Positions 40,899 to 54,564 of a stretch of 64,000 nt of DNA are shown piece by piece. The notes beneath the pieces are model-generated. The model did no database searches. It worked only from the letters and a program-made list of their open reading frames with translations, and was not told the DNA's origin. Source of the stretch: Lingula anatina (taxonomy: Eukaryota; Animalia; Brachiopoda). The position numbers and the translations under genes are program-made. The first letter of the stretch is position 1. Every line of letters begins with the position of its first letter. Location: assembly GCA_051362555.1 (NCBI GenBank), contig CM120641.1:21638001-21702000 (forward strand), written 5' to 3'.

Positions 40899-40948
<50 letters not shown>

Positions 40949-43900
40949 CGTGCACACACAGACACACATGAATAAATAACCTAATGACATAAAAATGATG
41001 TACTTGTTAATCATGGAAATATTCTTGAAACGTTCTTTGATTTAACCACTTGCCGTTTGGGGTCGTTTGTTGGCATTTTTTATTTCATGTTTGCCTTGGA
41101 ACAACCAAGAAATATTTGTGAATGTAATGGTCGTTTTGTTAGATCATCTCTCAAATTAAAGGGGCCGTATGGGGGCTCGTCATAATTGTTGAAGCTCCCT
41201 CGGTTGTCTGTAATGATATGTTCCACGTCTAGTTGCATCCCTTTAAGAAATGAAATAACCGTCTCTTTCTTATTACGAAATGAAAACGTAAGAGGACAAA
41301 CAGGCAAATTAGGAGGAATATGGTCTTAAAACTGTATGTTTATACGGTGTCTTTTAGCTTTGTAGTCGACAGATAAATAGTCGATAGATTTCAGAAATAG
41401 TTGATGTTGCTATTTTTTTACCGTATACAATTCACCTAGTAACTTCCACGCTTTATAGTATTCACAGGTAATTCAATGAATCAATTTGCTTTTGATCCTT
41501 TTGACACTTCTCACACATTTCAAATAAAGATAATCATAAGACATATAGTGCATGCATATAAAGTGAAAAACGAAACGCACCTTTGGGATGCCTATGATAC
41601 ATTTTAGAGCTGATTCTTAGGACGATGAGGTATCCGGTAGGTTATGAGCTATTCCATGCATTCTTTTGATCCCCAGACACGGGGCACGCACAGTTCAGAT
41701 AGCCAGCGAGGTGATAAGTTGATTAAACGCTGCAGAGGATTTTACAATACGTATGCAGACTAAGACTGTAAAGTGCATGGCGCTGTTAGCAAAGTTAGCT
41801 TAGAAAGTGACCCCTGGCAAGAAACGTGTGCTCATCCAGTTTGAATTATGACAAATATTTGTCTTTGTAATTTAATTGGCTAGGCTTAGATTGGAACATA
41901 GTTTGGATGATCATATAGTTGAATCTCAGGAGTGGAGGGAAAATGTTTCAAGTATGAGTATAGTAGCCATGAGTAACAAATGGCACACTAATTAATATTT
42001 CACATTAGTAAGCTTAAAAGATAACAGGCAGGACAAATGCTACAATTAAGATGTTGAATGATTAAATACATTGGCTCCAAAAAATCGATTCCATTTAAGA
42101 AAACCATTATTGAAGTGTTTCAGACAGCATAAAGCTTGCATGTTTCTTTAACGGATGATAACCTGAGGGCGAATGGCATATTCGTTTACAAAATTACTAT
42201 ACGCGTGAGACCGCGCCAGACACCAAAGGACGTTGTATCTTATGCTATATTCCGTTTCGTGCAACATGTCAATATATGAGTAGGATTTGAGGTGCTTGTT
42301 GTACCATTATTGCCAGTTTTCTAATCCACTTATCTGTATCAATTCAAAAACTGAAGTGCATGAATGGGTTGAGGAAACCCCGTTCACAGACTGCGTCTTG
42401 CTATATAGGTCTGGTAGTACGACGTTAAAAAAACAGATGCCAGATTAAGATTCTGAAGGGTTGCTTAGTGTTTTACATGGAGTAGAAACACAGGTATTGT
42501 CTGCCACTATATATGCATGCTTACAGATGGAGGAAAGATGTAAATCAGTTGCGTTTTCTTCCAATTTACAATTATAATTCATCATAACGGTGAGTTAGCA
42601 TCTGTCTGGAATCCAGTGCTTACAAGATCAGATCTCTGTTATGTAAGATATGTGTTGCCAGAGATAATGGGCTGATTTGTTTTAATTAAAAACAAAATCA
42701 TATTACAGACAGAAATTATGCATATGTAGTTCTGCCCATTGCATGCCTTTTGAACGACCTTGCCACGTTATTAAGAAGATGCTTATTTTAAAATGAATTA
42801 TTTCTTAAAACGAGACTAGCGCCAAACTAAAATTACGACAAGAACCATACATGCGATATTGGCTTTGGGTTCCATGCTCTTTATAAAAAGATGGCCGTGT
42901 TTATATTCCGAGAGAGCCCGAAAGAGTTTTGTGTCCCCTGGTCCAGTCTCTGTAACATATCGATTAGTTTATAAGTGATCCATCGCAGCAGCATATATCA
43001 TTTAAGACTTAAGCAACGGTGACTATTTGCTAATGGCAATTATTACCAGGGGACTATCAATTATTAAGGCGGTAACCAATATACTATATCACAAACAAAA
43101 AGGAAATTGAGGGAAAACTTATTTGGTACTTTTTGATACAAAGAATTACGACCAATAATTCTTGGTGAACTGTCTAAAGGGTGAAACAACCATGATACCA
43201 TTTGATATGATCAAAACTGTAAACCAAGAAAGTTACGTCGTAATTTTTTTACCAAAAAGGTATCAAACCGTTTTTGTGTGTGTGTGTGTGTTTTCTAACG
43301 GTGCATTAACACATATAATTTCAAAAGGAGACTCTTTTTTCATCTACATGTGATCCTACATGATATATTTAAAATGGATATGGACATTTTATTAGAAAGT
43401 ATCATAAAACTTGACGTTTACCTCGGGGGTACAAAGATAAAAATAATAAAAAAAGTTCTTATTTAAATTTTAAAATCAAGCGCATACAACTTGCCCTTCA
43501 TGTAGGTATACATGTATTTTTCTACAGAAAATGCGACGCTTAGTTTTATTTAGGAAATATTCATTTCACAGTTCCAAATGATGAATAATAAAGTTTACCT
43601 AAAATACGTCTGTTGGGCAGTCTTTCCACTTTCACATGACAGCATTTTGCCAAATTTAACTTAAAAACACTTGGCAGTCAGCTGGTCCTGGTTATTTCTT
43701 TCTTTCTTTATTTATTTTTGGTATTGCGGATTATAACGTGGGAATTGTTACCTTGGTGAAAAGAAAACCTGAAAAGGGCGCACGATGTTATCTTTTGCCT
43801 AAAAAGCATTTTTCTATTTTCAACCCCTAATCTTATAATGAATACGTCAACAATAATGAATACGTCAACAAAATGAAGATAATTACCTTTTAATGTTTAC

Positions 43901-46900
43901 ATATCTTTTGCAGAAAGAGTTCTTGTGATAGTTTTAAGAGAAAACTGCACTATTTTTATCCCTCCCATCCCGCGAAGTACAAGTTTCATTAAAGGCATCA
44001 CTGGCAAACGCAATATGTACATGCAGATTGGTTGACATTTTGCCAGTTAATTATTGACTAATGTTCTTATCGACCAAATATCTGTCCCTTCTTTTTTTCT
44101 CACGCTTAGATTAAATCTCAATTAGAACATGCGACCGTCGAACATGACCTCTATCCACTGTGTTGTGGTGAAAGTGCTCAGAGGGCGCTTAGAAAAGAAC
44201 TTTTTTGTAGATATTTAACCAAGGTGTCCTAATGCCTTTACACCTTTATTGGGTTGCTTCCCTTGGGCAGGAGACTGTTTATCTAAGCAGGCGCAGGAAG
44301 ACGGACTAAACAAAGTTAACTTCCGCACGGCATGCATACAAGAATCTGCATATCTCTGTACCTTCCTTTACCTTAAAAGCTAAATCAAACTAAATAAATG
44401 CCATGCTTTGTTAATACAAAAAGCACAAAGATAATCCAACTTAAACTTGAGGTATTTCCGAGAATCTATGTAATAAAATTACTCACACAGAAATGGCGAC
44501 AAATCATTATACGCCACTGCTTTACAGTTAAGAATGTTAAAACACATTATCAGCTCTCTTTTATGTAGTACAGCGCACAAAAAGGCTAAAAAGTGTTATG
44601 TCTTATGGTGCGTGAACAAAATCACAAACCACTCTGAAATCACTTAAGTCGATTAATTTCGGCTCTAACACTAAGTAACAGTTTTAACCACACATACCGA
44701 GGTATGGCCTGGTACTTAGAAAGTCGAGGATATGAAAAAGATTTAAACCAGGAGTGCAGTCAACAAATCAACACTTTTCAGTGTTTTGAATTCACACAGT
44801 AAAATGTAAGGGTAAACATAATTATTAGTTCATATCTTTTATGTTTCAAAATAGTAGGTATCTTAAATCTTACTGTTTGTGAGTTATTATTATTAATATT
44901 TTGATTGTTATTCATGTACGGAAGGATAATTTTACTGTTCTATTGTCTTTTTAATACTTTCTGGCGGATTCTGTCCGTTTCTCAATATTATGGCAGTTTT
45001 GTTATTGCGACATAAAAGCACCTTTTGTTGAAAAATTGGATACAACCCAAAAGTTCCGTTTAATTGACAAATTCCCTTGTTGACGTCATTTCTATCCAAA
45101 ATATTTTATTCCCCAAGAGTGCAGGTATTTCAATATATAGGCCTATATATATATATATTCTCGGTCATAAAGAAAACGTATTCCTTAGTTGGATGTACTG
45201 AGAGACATCTAACAGGACGCCTCTAGACCATGCCCACGGGAAGAAAATTATAGAGAAAAATTAAGAGATGGAACAACTAATGCATCGTGTGTCCGCCTTG
45301 AGACAGCGCTTTATCTGATGTTATTAAATGTACTCAACTTTTATTCATTGTGCCATGTTCATTGACCGGTAAAACACTTTTCATTGGTGCCTTCTCCCAA
45401 TAGATACTTGACGGAGGCGTATTGAAATGACCGCGATCTAATGAGTGGCAACAGACGGATAAACCAATAGAAGATAATGAGGAAGTGTCAGTGTTGGAAA
45501 ATGTTTGAAGTCGACAGATTTAGCTCTAGATCCGTGTTTATCTCCGAGGTGTTTTGCATAAATTATGTGCTTCCCCCAGTTGCTGATACTCCAAATACTC
45601 GTGAATTAATACATGTATTTTATGATATTTAGTCTTGGTACGTTCGTATGATCAAAACTTTTTGGCATACTCTAGGAAAGAGAGTAAATGATTTCACATC
45701 TCGATATTATAACTAGTGAATCCTGGTATTCTTTTAAAACTTTACTCTCTATGTTACAGCCTTCCCATATTCAGAAACGCACAAGCGCCTGTCGTTACGA
45801 CAACAGAAACTTGTCAAAGGACTTGTATGTGTAATCAAGGACATTCCATTCCAGAGTTGTTTTCAGGGTAAGTTTTCTTGATGTATTTTTGTGTCCCTAA
45901 AAGATACGAAAATGTTTCGTTAAATGTCATCTTCACACGATGGAGTCTATTGATTTTGTAACTGGTAGTTGGGGAAAACGTTGATGAAATAGAAATGACG
46001 GAAAATTAAAACCCAAATTGCCCTTACTCAAACGATTACTTAATGGCCTGTTAGATCCTGTTATGTCTATGGAAGGATCATTTCGGCTATTGTATATGAT
46101 CCAGGTATCGACCTAAGATTTACTGACAACAGATTTAATTTGATTTCCCCCTATTAAGGATCAGCTGGAATCAAGCGTGAATCTCTTAACATCTTCTGAG
46201 ATTGGCCTGAAATAAAGGACTAGATTCTTCAAGCGAACATTACTGATATCTGACATGGCCAATTGGCCATTAATCGGACTATTTACAATGTCCTTGGTCT
46301 ACGTACGTTATATAAAGATATTAACGAGTTACTGACTAAGGTTTTGATTTTCTTTTCAGATGATGAAATCAGCAGGATAGCAGACATTGTCATAAGGAAA
46401 GTACAAAGCTCGGATGATATCAGCAGGTATCATATATATTTGAGCATTAATTTTGATTCCTCAGTCATGAGGTTTTTAGATGGTATTTCGCTTTAAAAGC
46501 TACATTTTATTACTTCGCATAAGTGGTTACACGAGTCATTTTGAGCGTGTATTGTAGTTTCAAATGTTAAAATGGGAACCTAAAAAGAGAATGGGAAGAT
46601 AAAAGAAATCCAATGAGCTGCCAGGATTAAACATAATTACCTGTAAAACACTAACAGCGTTGGTTGAATCATACTTAAAGCAGGGCTTGAATAATAAACG
46701 GAAGGGTAAAAAGTTAAACACGACAATCCCCAGACTACTTTCAAACCACATTTTCTTCAGCATTGCTGCCGAAACTGCCGACATGATTCAACAGTCCGAT
46801 GTGTCAGATAGTGACACATATGATAGAAGAAAGAAGGTTATGAACGACTGGTAGTTCATTGTGTACGTTTCCGATATGTGCATGTTTGATATTGTGGAAC

Positions 46901-47901
46901 TTGTTTATACTTGGCATGACGTCACTAGAAACTGAAGCACAGTGGTCAGTGTCGTGTGTCTTTTGAATCAACGTCACACTTATATTAGCAGCATGATATA
47001 CACGTTTCCGACTACTGCACGAGACACTTTGCACGCATCTCTACGTCCTCAAAATCTTTTCTTACTTTATGCTTGCACCAATTAAAAATATGCACCTCCA
47101 GTGTTTGCTGACCAGAGGTCGCTTTTGGAATGTGTTACCACTTTTTTTCAATCAATATAAAAGATAATGCACGTTTGGAAAGTGAAACACAAGCACGTGT
47201 GTTTGGCAGGGAGAACCATGCGCCTTTATGAGCTTACTGGTTGTCATTGCACTTGACATTAAACACTAAGCAAATTTTGTTACAAAATGCCCAGCTTGGC
47301 ATGATAAATATTACATTTTTTTTCTTTTTATTGCCTTTATGTCTTACACTTGAGAAAAAGCAAAATCATGTGTCCGTCTCTCCAAAGGTAAAAACCATCC
47401 CATATCAGCAGTTGAATTATTCCATCAGCCTGGATGGCTATGACGTGTAGTATATATCAAGATCTCGAGTTATGCATGAATGTCGTTTTCGGTGTCAATG
47501 ATGGCTGTTTACTAACATATATCTCAAAATATCGTTAATAGTTAAATATGAAGGCAAATCAAAATTAGTATATAAATAATGTTGTTTATTTCAGAGAATT
47601 ACGCCAGTTATAGAAGATATGATACATTAAAATTTGTCGTGGCTGTCTGTTTATGAAAAAAATTCTACGTCGTGCATATAAGGCAACAAACATAGTGTCC
47701 TTTATTCCCAGATGTTAACCATATCTCCCCTCGCGCCGCAAATGGACGTCTCTTTTACATAAGTCACTCACCGCTCCTTCATATTAACTTGGTAATTTTT
47801 AAATTTCTCTTTTCAGTTCCCAATTGGAGGATTTCCTCTTATCCACGGAAATGCGATCTAAAAAGAAGAGTGGTCGAAGTAATTTTTATGGAGACTGGTA
47901 G
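36979..47901 (+). CDS. Small secreted protein / putative (neuro)peptide precursor with two alternative terminal exons (111 aa or 108 aa)
   Basis: Exons 36979-37045 (gccATG; MRRLKLTPYVLLCVLCYILYTE, signal-peptide-like), 45760-45867 (AFPYSETHKRL...C...C) and 46360-46426. These are followed by either 46761-46854 (...DTYDRRKKVMNDW*) or 47817-47901 (...EMRSKKKSGRSNFYGDW*). Splice sites are canonical and phases match (1,1,2). Confidence 0.75.
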
Positions 47902-49049
47902 ACTCTAAGCCTGTGGGAATTTCATTTCGTTATTTTTGCTATGAAAAGTCTTCTAAATATTCATTGAAAGATGCCAGAGATCTAAAAAAAAAAACACTAA
48001 CTTGTACCTTAACAGAGTGGAATTGCTCCAGTTGGACTGCACAATGATGCATCACAGTGCGTTTGCATGATGTATGGAAAGTTGACTACAATATTTTATA
48101 CGGAGACCACAAAAAATAATTCTGGAAATTGCAATGTATTTACGTGTTGATTGCAAATATGTTTCTTTAGCTTACGGACAGCTTGCATTGCGTTCATCTT
48201 TTTAACCATTCCAAATTCCCCGCAATGTCTAGAGCAAGCCAGTGCAACATTTTGAGCAAACCTTCAGTTGACGACTCTATTTTAAATTTAGCACTCATTG
48301 ATAGCTGTTTAATATCATTCAGAGGAAAAGTTAACTGTTTTCCATGATATAGCAGTCGATTAACGACGTCCGATGTTTCTTATAAAACCATGCAACCGAA
48401 GACACAATGACTATTTTACTACGAAGAAATATATATGTTCAATTTTCATAAAATGGACAATAAATGCACTGTTTGAACAATATGTTTAAAGCGTTCAATC
48501 ACTTGAAAGTAAATAAAGGGGCATAAACTGGATTATTTTGGGGAATTTTGATAGCCCTTTTTCTTTATATATGACAATGATCAAAAGTAATGCCAAATTT
48601 ACCATCCATTCAAAATACTGTGTTGATGTTTTTATCTGACCAGCTGATGGTTATTCTTCACTTGATTTATATAACACTGTAACGAATAAATTCTGAATCT
48701 GATGCGGGATCACACAATGAAGCTTGAAGGGCCCTTATAGCGACAGATGCAATAGATTTCGGCGTTAATGAATGAAAGAATTAAAAGTTAATAAAATAAG
48801 AGCAAGGTGTCAAAAGCTGGATCAAAATCAGTTTTAACAGAAAACTTAAAGTAAACTATTGTCCCGTACTTTAATGAGATATAAATGGTTACAGAATTCT
48901 AAGACAGAACCGTGCGCAGTAGTAGGCCTATAGGTCCAATTTTAATCGTATAGCTACTATGTCAATGACACATGGGGTCTAACCTCGATCTATGACATTT
49001 ACTTTTTTGCTCCTTTTATAGGCCTGCATTAATATAATAATTATAATTA

Positions 49050-49137
49050 AATAATATAATATAATATAATATAATATAATATAATATAATATAATATAAT
49101 ATAATATAATATAATATAATATAATATAATATAATAT
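49050..49137. repeat. (ATATA)n pentanucleotide microsatellite
   Basis: Direct reading. Confidence 0.95.
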
Positions 49138-50076
49138 AGAAAAAGCTGTAGGCCTACTTTTGTTTCTTCCTTCTCGTAGGACCATTCATAAAGAAAAAGT
49201 GTAGCCAACCCCTGGAATCATGCATCGCCTAAATGTCTTTTAAGTCAGAGACATTAATCCTTAAGCTGACATAAGCCTATCCCCTAAAATAACCGCTAGA
49301 TTACCGCAAAGATAAATCATCAGGCTGATTTAGCAATGAATGTGTTGTAATGATTTTATTTATGCCAACTTCACCAATTTCTAATCGTAAGAAACCATTT
49401 GTTAGACCCCAGAGGAAAAGGAAAATACAATTAAAGAAAGTGTACAACCACCATAAATATGGCACACCTGCTATCAAGATGTCTGTGCATTCAAGACATC
49501 ATAAGAATTTGTTTTGCAATGCAAATTGCTTACTTAATGATGATATGTCCAAGAACACCCGTAAACAGGAGTCTGGATGCTACAGGTGTGTGAGTAATAA
49601 TAGACAAAGAGCTGAATTTTAAGGTGATACTCGGGTAAACGTACATATAAGATATCTCAGGAAAATATTGGTCAGCAACATAGAACAAAACAATCTATAA
49701 CAAAAAGAGTCCAAGACATAGTGATAGCCAAATTAGGCTAGGAAATTAGACACGGGCATGGGTCATCACACGGGTGATGGTCAAACCAGTTATTATAAAA
49801 ACCCATACCCTTATATCAAATCAATTACTTCATCATTTGCCGTTCCAGTTGATTCACTTTGGTTGACTACTCTGGTTGCCTAGTCTATAGGCCTACAAAA
49901 AATCGGTCATTTATTTTAATATAACGTACGGTTCACTTATTTATTTATTTATTCAACATTTAATTAATTAATTTATGTATTAGTTTATTAAATATAAGCC
50001 CTTTTGTTTTAAAATGACGGTGTTTTGACCTCAGGGGCGGATCCAAGATTATTCGGGGGGGGGGGATGCGAAACCG

Positions 50077-50113
<37 letters not shown>

Positions 50114-50201
50114 TTGGCGTGGGGTTGGGGGCCCGCTGAAACGTCTGGAAAATTTTGGTATTTTAGAGGGCGACCGAAAACATTTGGTCAGGAACCCCCT
50201 G

Positions 50202-53200
50202 AGTAGTTACATCCGTACTATACGGGAGAAAAGAATTCCATTTTTTTCCTTTGTTATGTTACATCATTTGAACAATGGAAAACCTATACCGGACAATGGG
50301 GATGTTTACAAAATAAACAAACAATTTTTTTAATGTAAACAAACGAGACTCCCTATTTTTGTTTACGTTTTACTATGGTAACGGATGACGTCACAGAACG
50401 GGCCTGGGCATGTAGGAGATTTTAAAGAATTACTAAGGAAAAAGGCACAATGTAGTGATAAACAAGTAAATTTGTAAATAAAACATGATTTTATTGAAAT
50501 ACATAATTGCATTGTAAGTTGATCATAGTGAACAGTTGTATATACACATTAAAACATTAAAACAATGTACATAAATGTCTAATTTACTAAAAGATAATAA
50601 TTATGCATAATGCAGTGCAAAGTGAGTATAGTGAATCTATCAATTACATGCACAGATTAAAACAGCAAAACAATGTATGTACAACAAAATGAAAAATGAT
50701 AAATATATAAACAACACTACTCGGCAATTTATGAAAGTTAATAGCCGTATGGTAGTGTATCAAATGAGTCTTGCTGAATGACACGTTTAGTGTACACAAC
50801 CCGGTAAACTTTATCCTCCCTTTTAGAGAGCAGTTCTTTATTCAGAGTGTCTCGCACAATTTTATGATGTGTAGTTGTTGACACCTCTTTCGGACCTATA
50901 CCGTGTACCATGTTACGTAAAGTCTCATAGTTCACTATTTGTGAGGTTTCATAATTCAGTGAGATACCCCTCACTTTACAAATTGTCTTTCCCTTTGCGG
51001 TAACGTATGCGTAGTTTTTCGGCCCGCCCGACACGAAGGTGGTGATGTGGTCCCCCTCATCTAACTCATCGGTGAAGTCGCCAAGGTAGCTGCCCATGAT
51101 GGTATTTAGGTAGGCGTTGGTTTGTGCACTGCCATCGTCCAGGAAGATGATTGAGTCCGTGTCAAAGTAAAGAACGTTTCGATCCAGGACCTCTATGGCG
51201 CTGTAAAGAACCATACGAGCGTGGGCGGTGGTGTACGCGGCTATGACGACGTTGGTCTTATCGGAGCATTCATTAAACTCAGATTGGTGTTTGTAGTGTA
51301 CCTCCACCATATCATCGGTTAAAAACATCACGTTGGTGACATCGACGGATTTGTTCAACAGCAGTGCAAAGTACTCGTCCACCTCGGTGACGTATTCGGA
51401 CTGTGTCATGTTCATTCGTTGACCGAATTTGCCTGAAATAACAAACATAAAAAATAATAACATAACTATGCGAGTAAGGATAGTGAAAATGCACGGATGA
51501 GAAGTACTGTAATATTGTATGATGTGAATAAACAAGGTGTAAACATAATAAAGCATCAAGGACAGATGTAATATGCAAATGTACGTACGATGTTATTACC
51601 ATTATTTACGGTGAATGACAAATACAAATATTGGAATCATGCGTGAACCTCAGACATAGTGTATGTAATAAATGAATGCTACCTCTGTTTATACGTACCC
51701 CAAAAGCTGTTAAGCATCAGTTTAGACAATGCCCTCAGACCTGGGTTCTTCTTAATTTGGTTAGGGTCTAGTCGAATGCCCTCTTTGGTGAAGTAAGAAG
51801 CAATGTAGTCTCTTTTGAGCTGTGGTGTCGTGCACTCTGGTGGATAGCCGCTGGCCTCTTGTTTGAGCTTGAGAAATGTATTGATATAGTCAGAGAAAAG
51901 ACCCCCCGTTTTGGTGATTGGGTTGTATTCGCTAACATGATCATAATGCCAGACCTCGTGCATTTGTTTAATCACATAGCCCTTGGAAACGGCCTTTTTT
52001 AACTCGACCGTAACCCATGTACCTGTCATACATCGCTCTTCTTCGTCATTATGCTCACACCGTGACTGCTGCAGTGTGTCAGCGCATGTGCGACAAAGAG
52101 GAAATGTTAGTTTCCCTTGTGATCTATAGGGAAGGACAGGATGATAAAGGCCGTGAGGAGGAAGAATAGTACATTTGACTAAACCTTCATACTCGCTAAG
52201 AGGACCAAAGTTTTCGGTTATGATGGTGGGGTGACAGAGGGGGTATGGTTTGTATTTGTTGACATATGGATATAGACTACACACGTCAATGTAACGTATT
52301 TTCTGTCCCTGATCTGCCTGACAAAAAAGCTTGACTGCGTTCGTCCTGCCCCCGTAAAAGGCTTCACGAGGATCAATACAATCGACAACGTTCACGCTAT
52401 CCACTATTTCTTTCACGCCAGCATCCTCCCGTATGACCCTGTCAAACTCACACTCCCATACCTCTATGTAGTTGAAACCTAAAGACTGAAGCGCATGCTT
52501 CTTATCCACCGTCCTTTCTAACAACTCACCCATTGTCATCAAATTGACATTGTTGATATTGTAACTGTTGTAACATTTTGGACACCCATGCCAAAAACAC
52601 CCCTGATACTCGTAGACAGTGTTAGTTGTTGACGCCCAACCATCAACGACAAACTTTCCTATTTTCTTTTCTCCCTGATTATGAGCATGCTGTATAAAGA
52701 CATTGTCACGCTCCGCCCTATACCGCAACCATTTAGCTGCTTTCACGGACGTTTTGTTTTTCGGCTTATAACCCTGTGCTGGAATAATGCCGATCGTGTT
52801 TTGCATAAGAAATAAAGATCTGAACACAACATTGCATGCGCTGGCTATAGTGATAGATCTGTAAAAAACATCAATTTCCACACCATTCGCAACTGTTATA
52901 TCAAGCATCAATTTCCTGAATCGGAGACATGCTTGCCGAAGAATGGTGACGTCCATGCGGCAGTATATGAGTATTTCCTTTTGGAAATCAAATATATAGT
53001 TTTGACTAACCTGATCATTGTACCATGCCAAAAATTTTTCTCTCGCACCGGTAGACATTGAATCAGAGCCATAGAAATTAGTGGCGGGCATTTTACCCCT
53101 ATAGTCTTGGTTTTCAGGGGTATTAAAGAAGTGGGGGAAGTAGCCCTTTGACAGGGATTCATCTAGACCAAATGCAGCGGGAAGTTTGTTGAGTGCCATG

Positions 53201-53720
53201 GGGAGGAAGCTGTAAGAATCAATAACGGTTATATCGCCCACCTTAATAGAAAGCACCTTGGCGCCCCGTAATATCACCTCAGGAACGATACATTGGTCTT
53301 TGAGCCATTTTAAGAGGAAAAAACCATCATAACCAGACATGTTGTGTGCCAACAATATAGCCCCATTATGTATGATCATATCCTCCTCGTTATTCTCACA
53401 TTCATACTCAGCACCATCAAAACATAACGATGCTCCAGGATTCATTCGTTTACTGCGACCTCCTTTGTTTTTTCCTTTCCTTTTCCTTTTACCTTGTGCA
53501 CGTTCAAAACTCTGATCTTCAAATACCCATTTGCAAAATTCATCAACACACGACGGCCCCTTAAACACATGTTCATTTTTGCCACATAGCTCACATGTAC
53601 TAGTGGGGGTTACGTCTAAATTTAGACAGTGATGACATACCCTGTGAGCAACCACTAGATTAGGGGTATGAACATGCGATGGCTGCGCTTCAAAATCAAA
53701 AAATATGAAAGGGCGTTTTG
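50202..53720 (-). repeat. Left terminal inverted repeat arm (3,519 bp)
   Basis: Mirror ORFs have identical translations and no indels relative to the right arm. The first mismatch seen is at 53721/56856. Confidence 0.95.
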
Positions 53721-53733
53721 TACCATGGCCCAT
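50738..53733 (-). CDS. N-terminally truncated pPolB copy (exonuclease + VSR-like + polymerase domains), 2 exons, 909 aa
   Basis: Exons 53733-51699 and 51432-50738. Five spacer-derived codons (MGHGT) are fused in frame to residue K473 onward of the full-length protein. An in-frame stop lies three codons upstream of the ATG. Expression is not demonstrated. Confidence 0.7.
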
Positions 53734-53975
53734 AGGAGCCTACGCGTGCGTCTTTTAGACGCCCCTTTACATGCGAAAACGACAAGGCCTATGCCGAGTT
53801 CGTCTTTTACTACAGAGCTTTGAGAGCCGAAAATGACATGGCTGTGTCTCTTTCGCCACTTACTGAACTCCACAGATGCGAGATTGACACGACCCATGTC
53901 GCGTTCGTCTCTCAAATGACACTGTTATAAAACATGAAATAGGCATAACGTGTGATTTTCGCAGCTGAATAAGTA

Positions 53976-54504
53976 GACCCTTATAAACGAAGTTGACGTA
54001 ACTTGAGAGTCATGTCGCTTTCAACTCTTACAAACCTCCAACAAAATCTATCTCCACACAGACGCGCGCGACATGTACTATTGGACATGGGTCAGTTGAA
54101 ACCCTATTAACGTAAAGGGCTCATGTTACTTTCAGCCAACTCTTATATGTCAAATCCAATTAATTTGAAACAGTGTTGTGCTGTCCCAAAACATTTTTTT
54201 CATTTGAATCCCATCATAATTTAGTGCTATCTAGATAACAGTGTGGCTAATTGCTTGTAATAATTATATGGCCTCATATTTTTATTTTCAAGGATTCAAA
54301 TATAAAGGGTTTTAAGACGGTCCTTCTGTTTCAAATTAATTGGCTGAAAGTAACATGAGCCATTTAGGTTAATGTCGCTTTCAACTGACCCATGTCCAAT
54401 AGTACATGTCGCGCGCGTCTGTGTGGAGATAGATTTTGTTGGAGGTTTGTAAAAGTTGAAAGCGACATGACTCTAAGGTCACGTCAACTTCGTTTATAAG
54501 GGTC
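53976..54504. repeat. Internal ~530-bp imperfect palindrome in the element's central spacer
   Basis: Arms ~53976-54173 and ~54326-54504 (GACCCTTATAAACGAAGTTGACGT... / ...ACGTCAACTTCGTTTATAAGGGTC) around a ~150-bp AT-rich loop. Confidence 0.9.
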
Positions 54505-54564
54505 GTCTATGGGCCTATGGGCCTTTCAATAGCGTGTGATTGTGCTTGTGCACATTCTTTTGTG

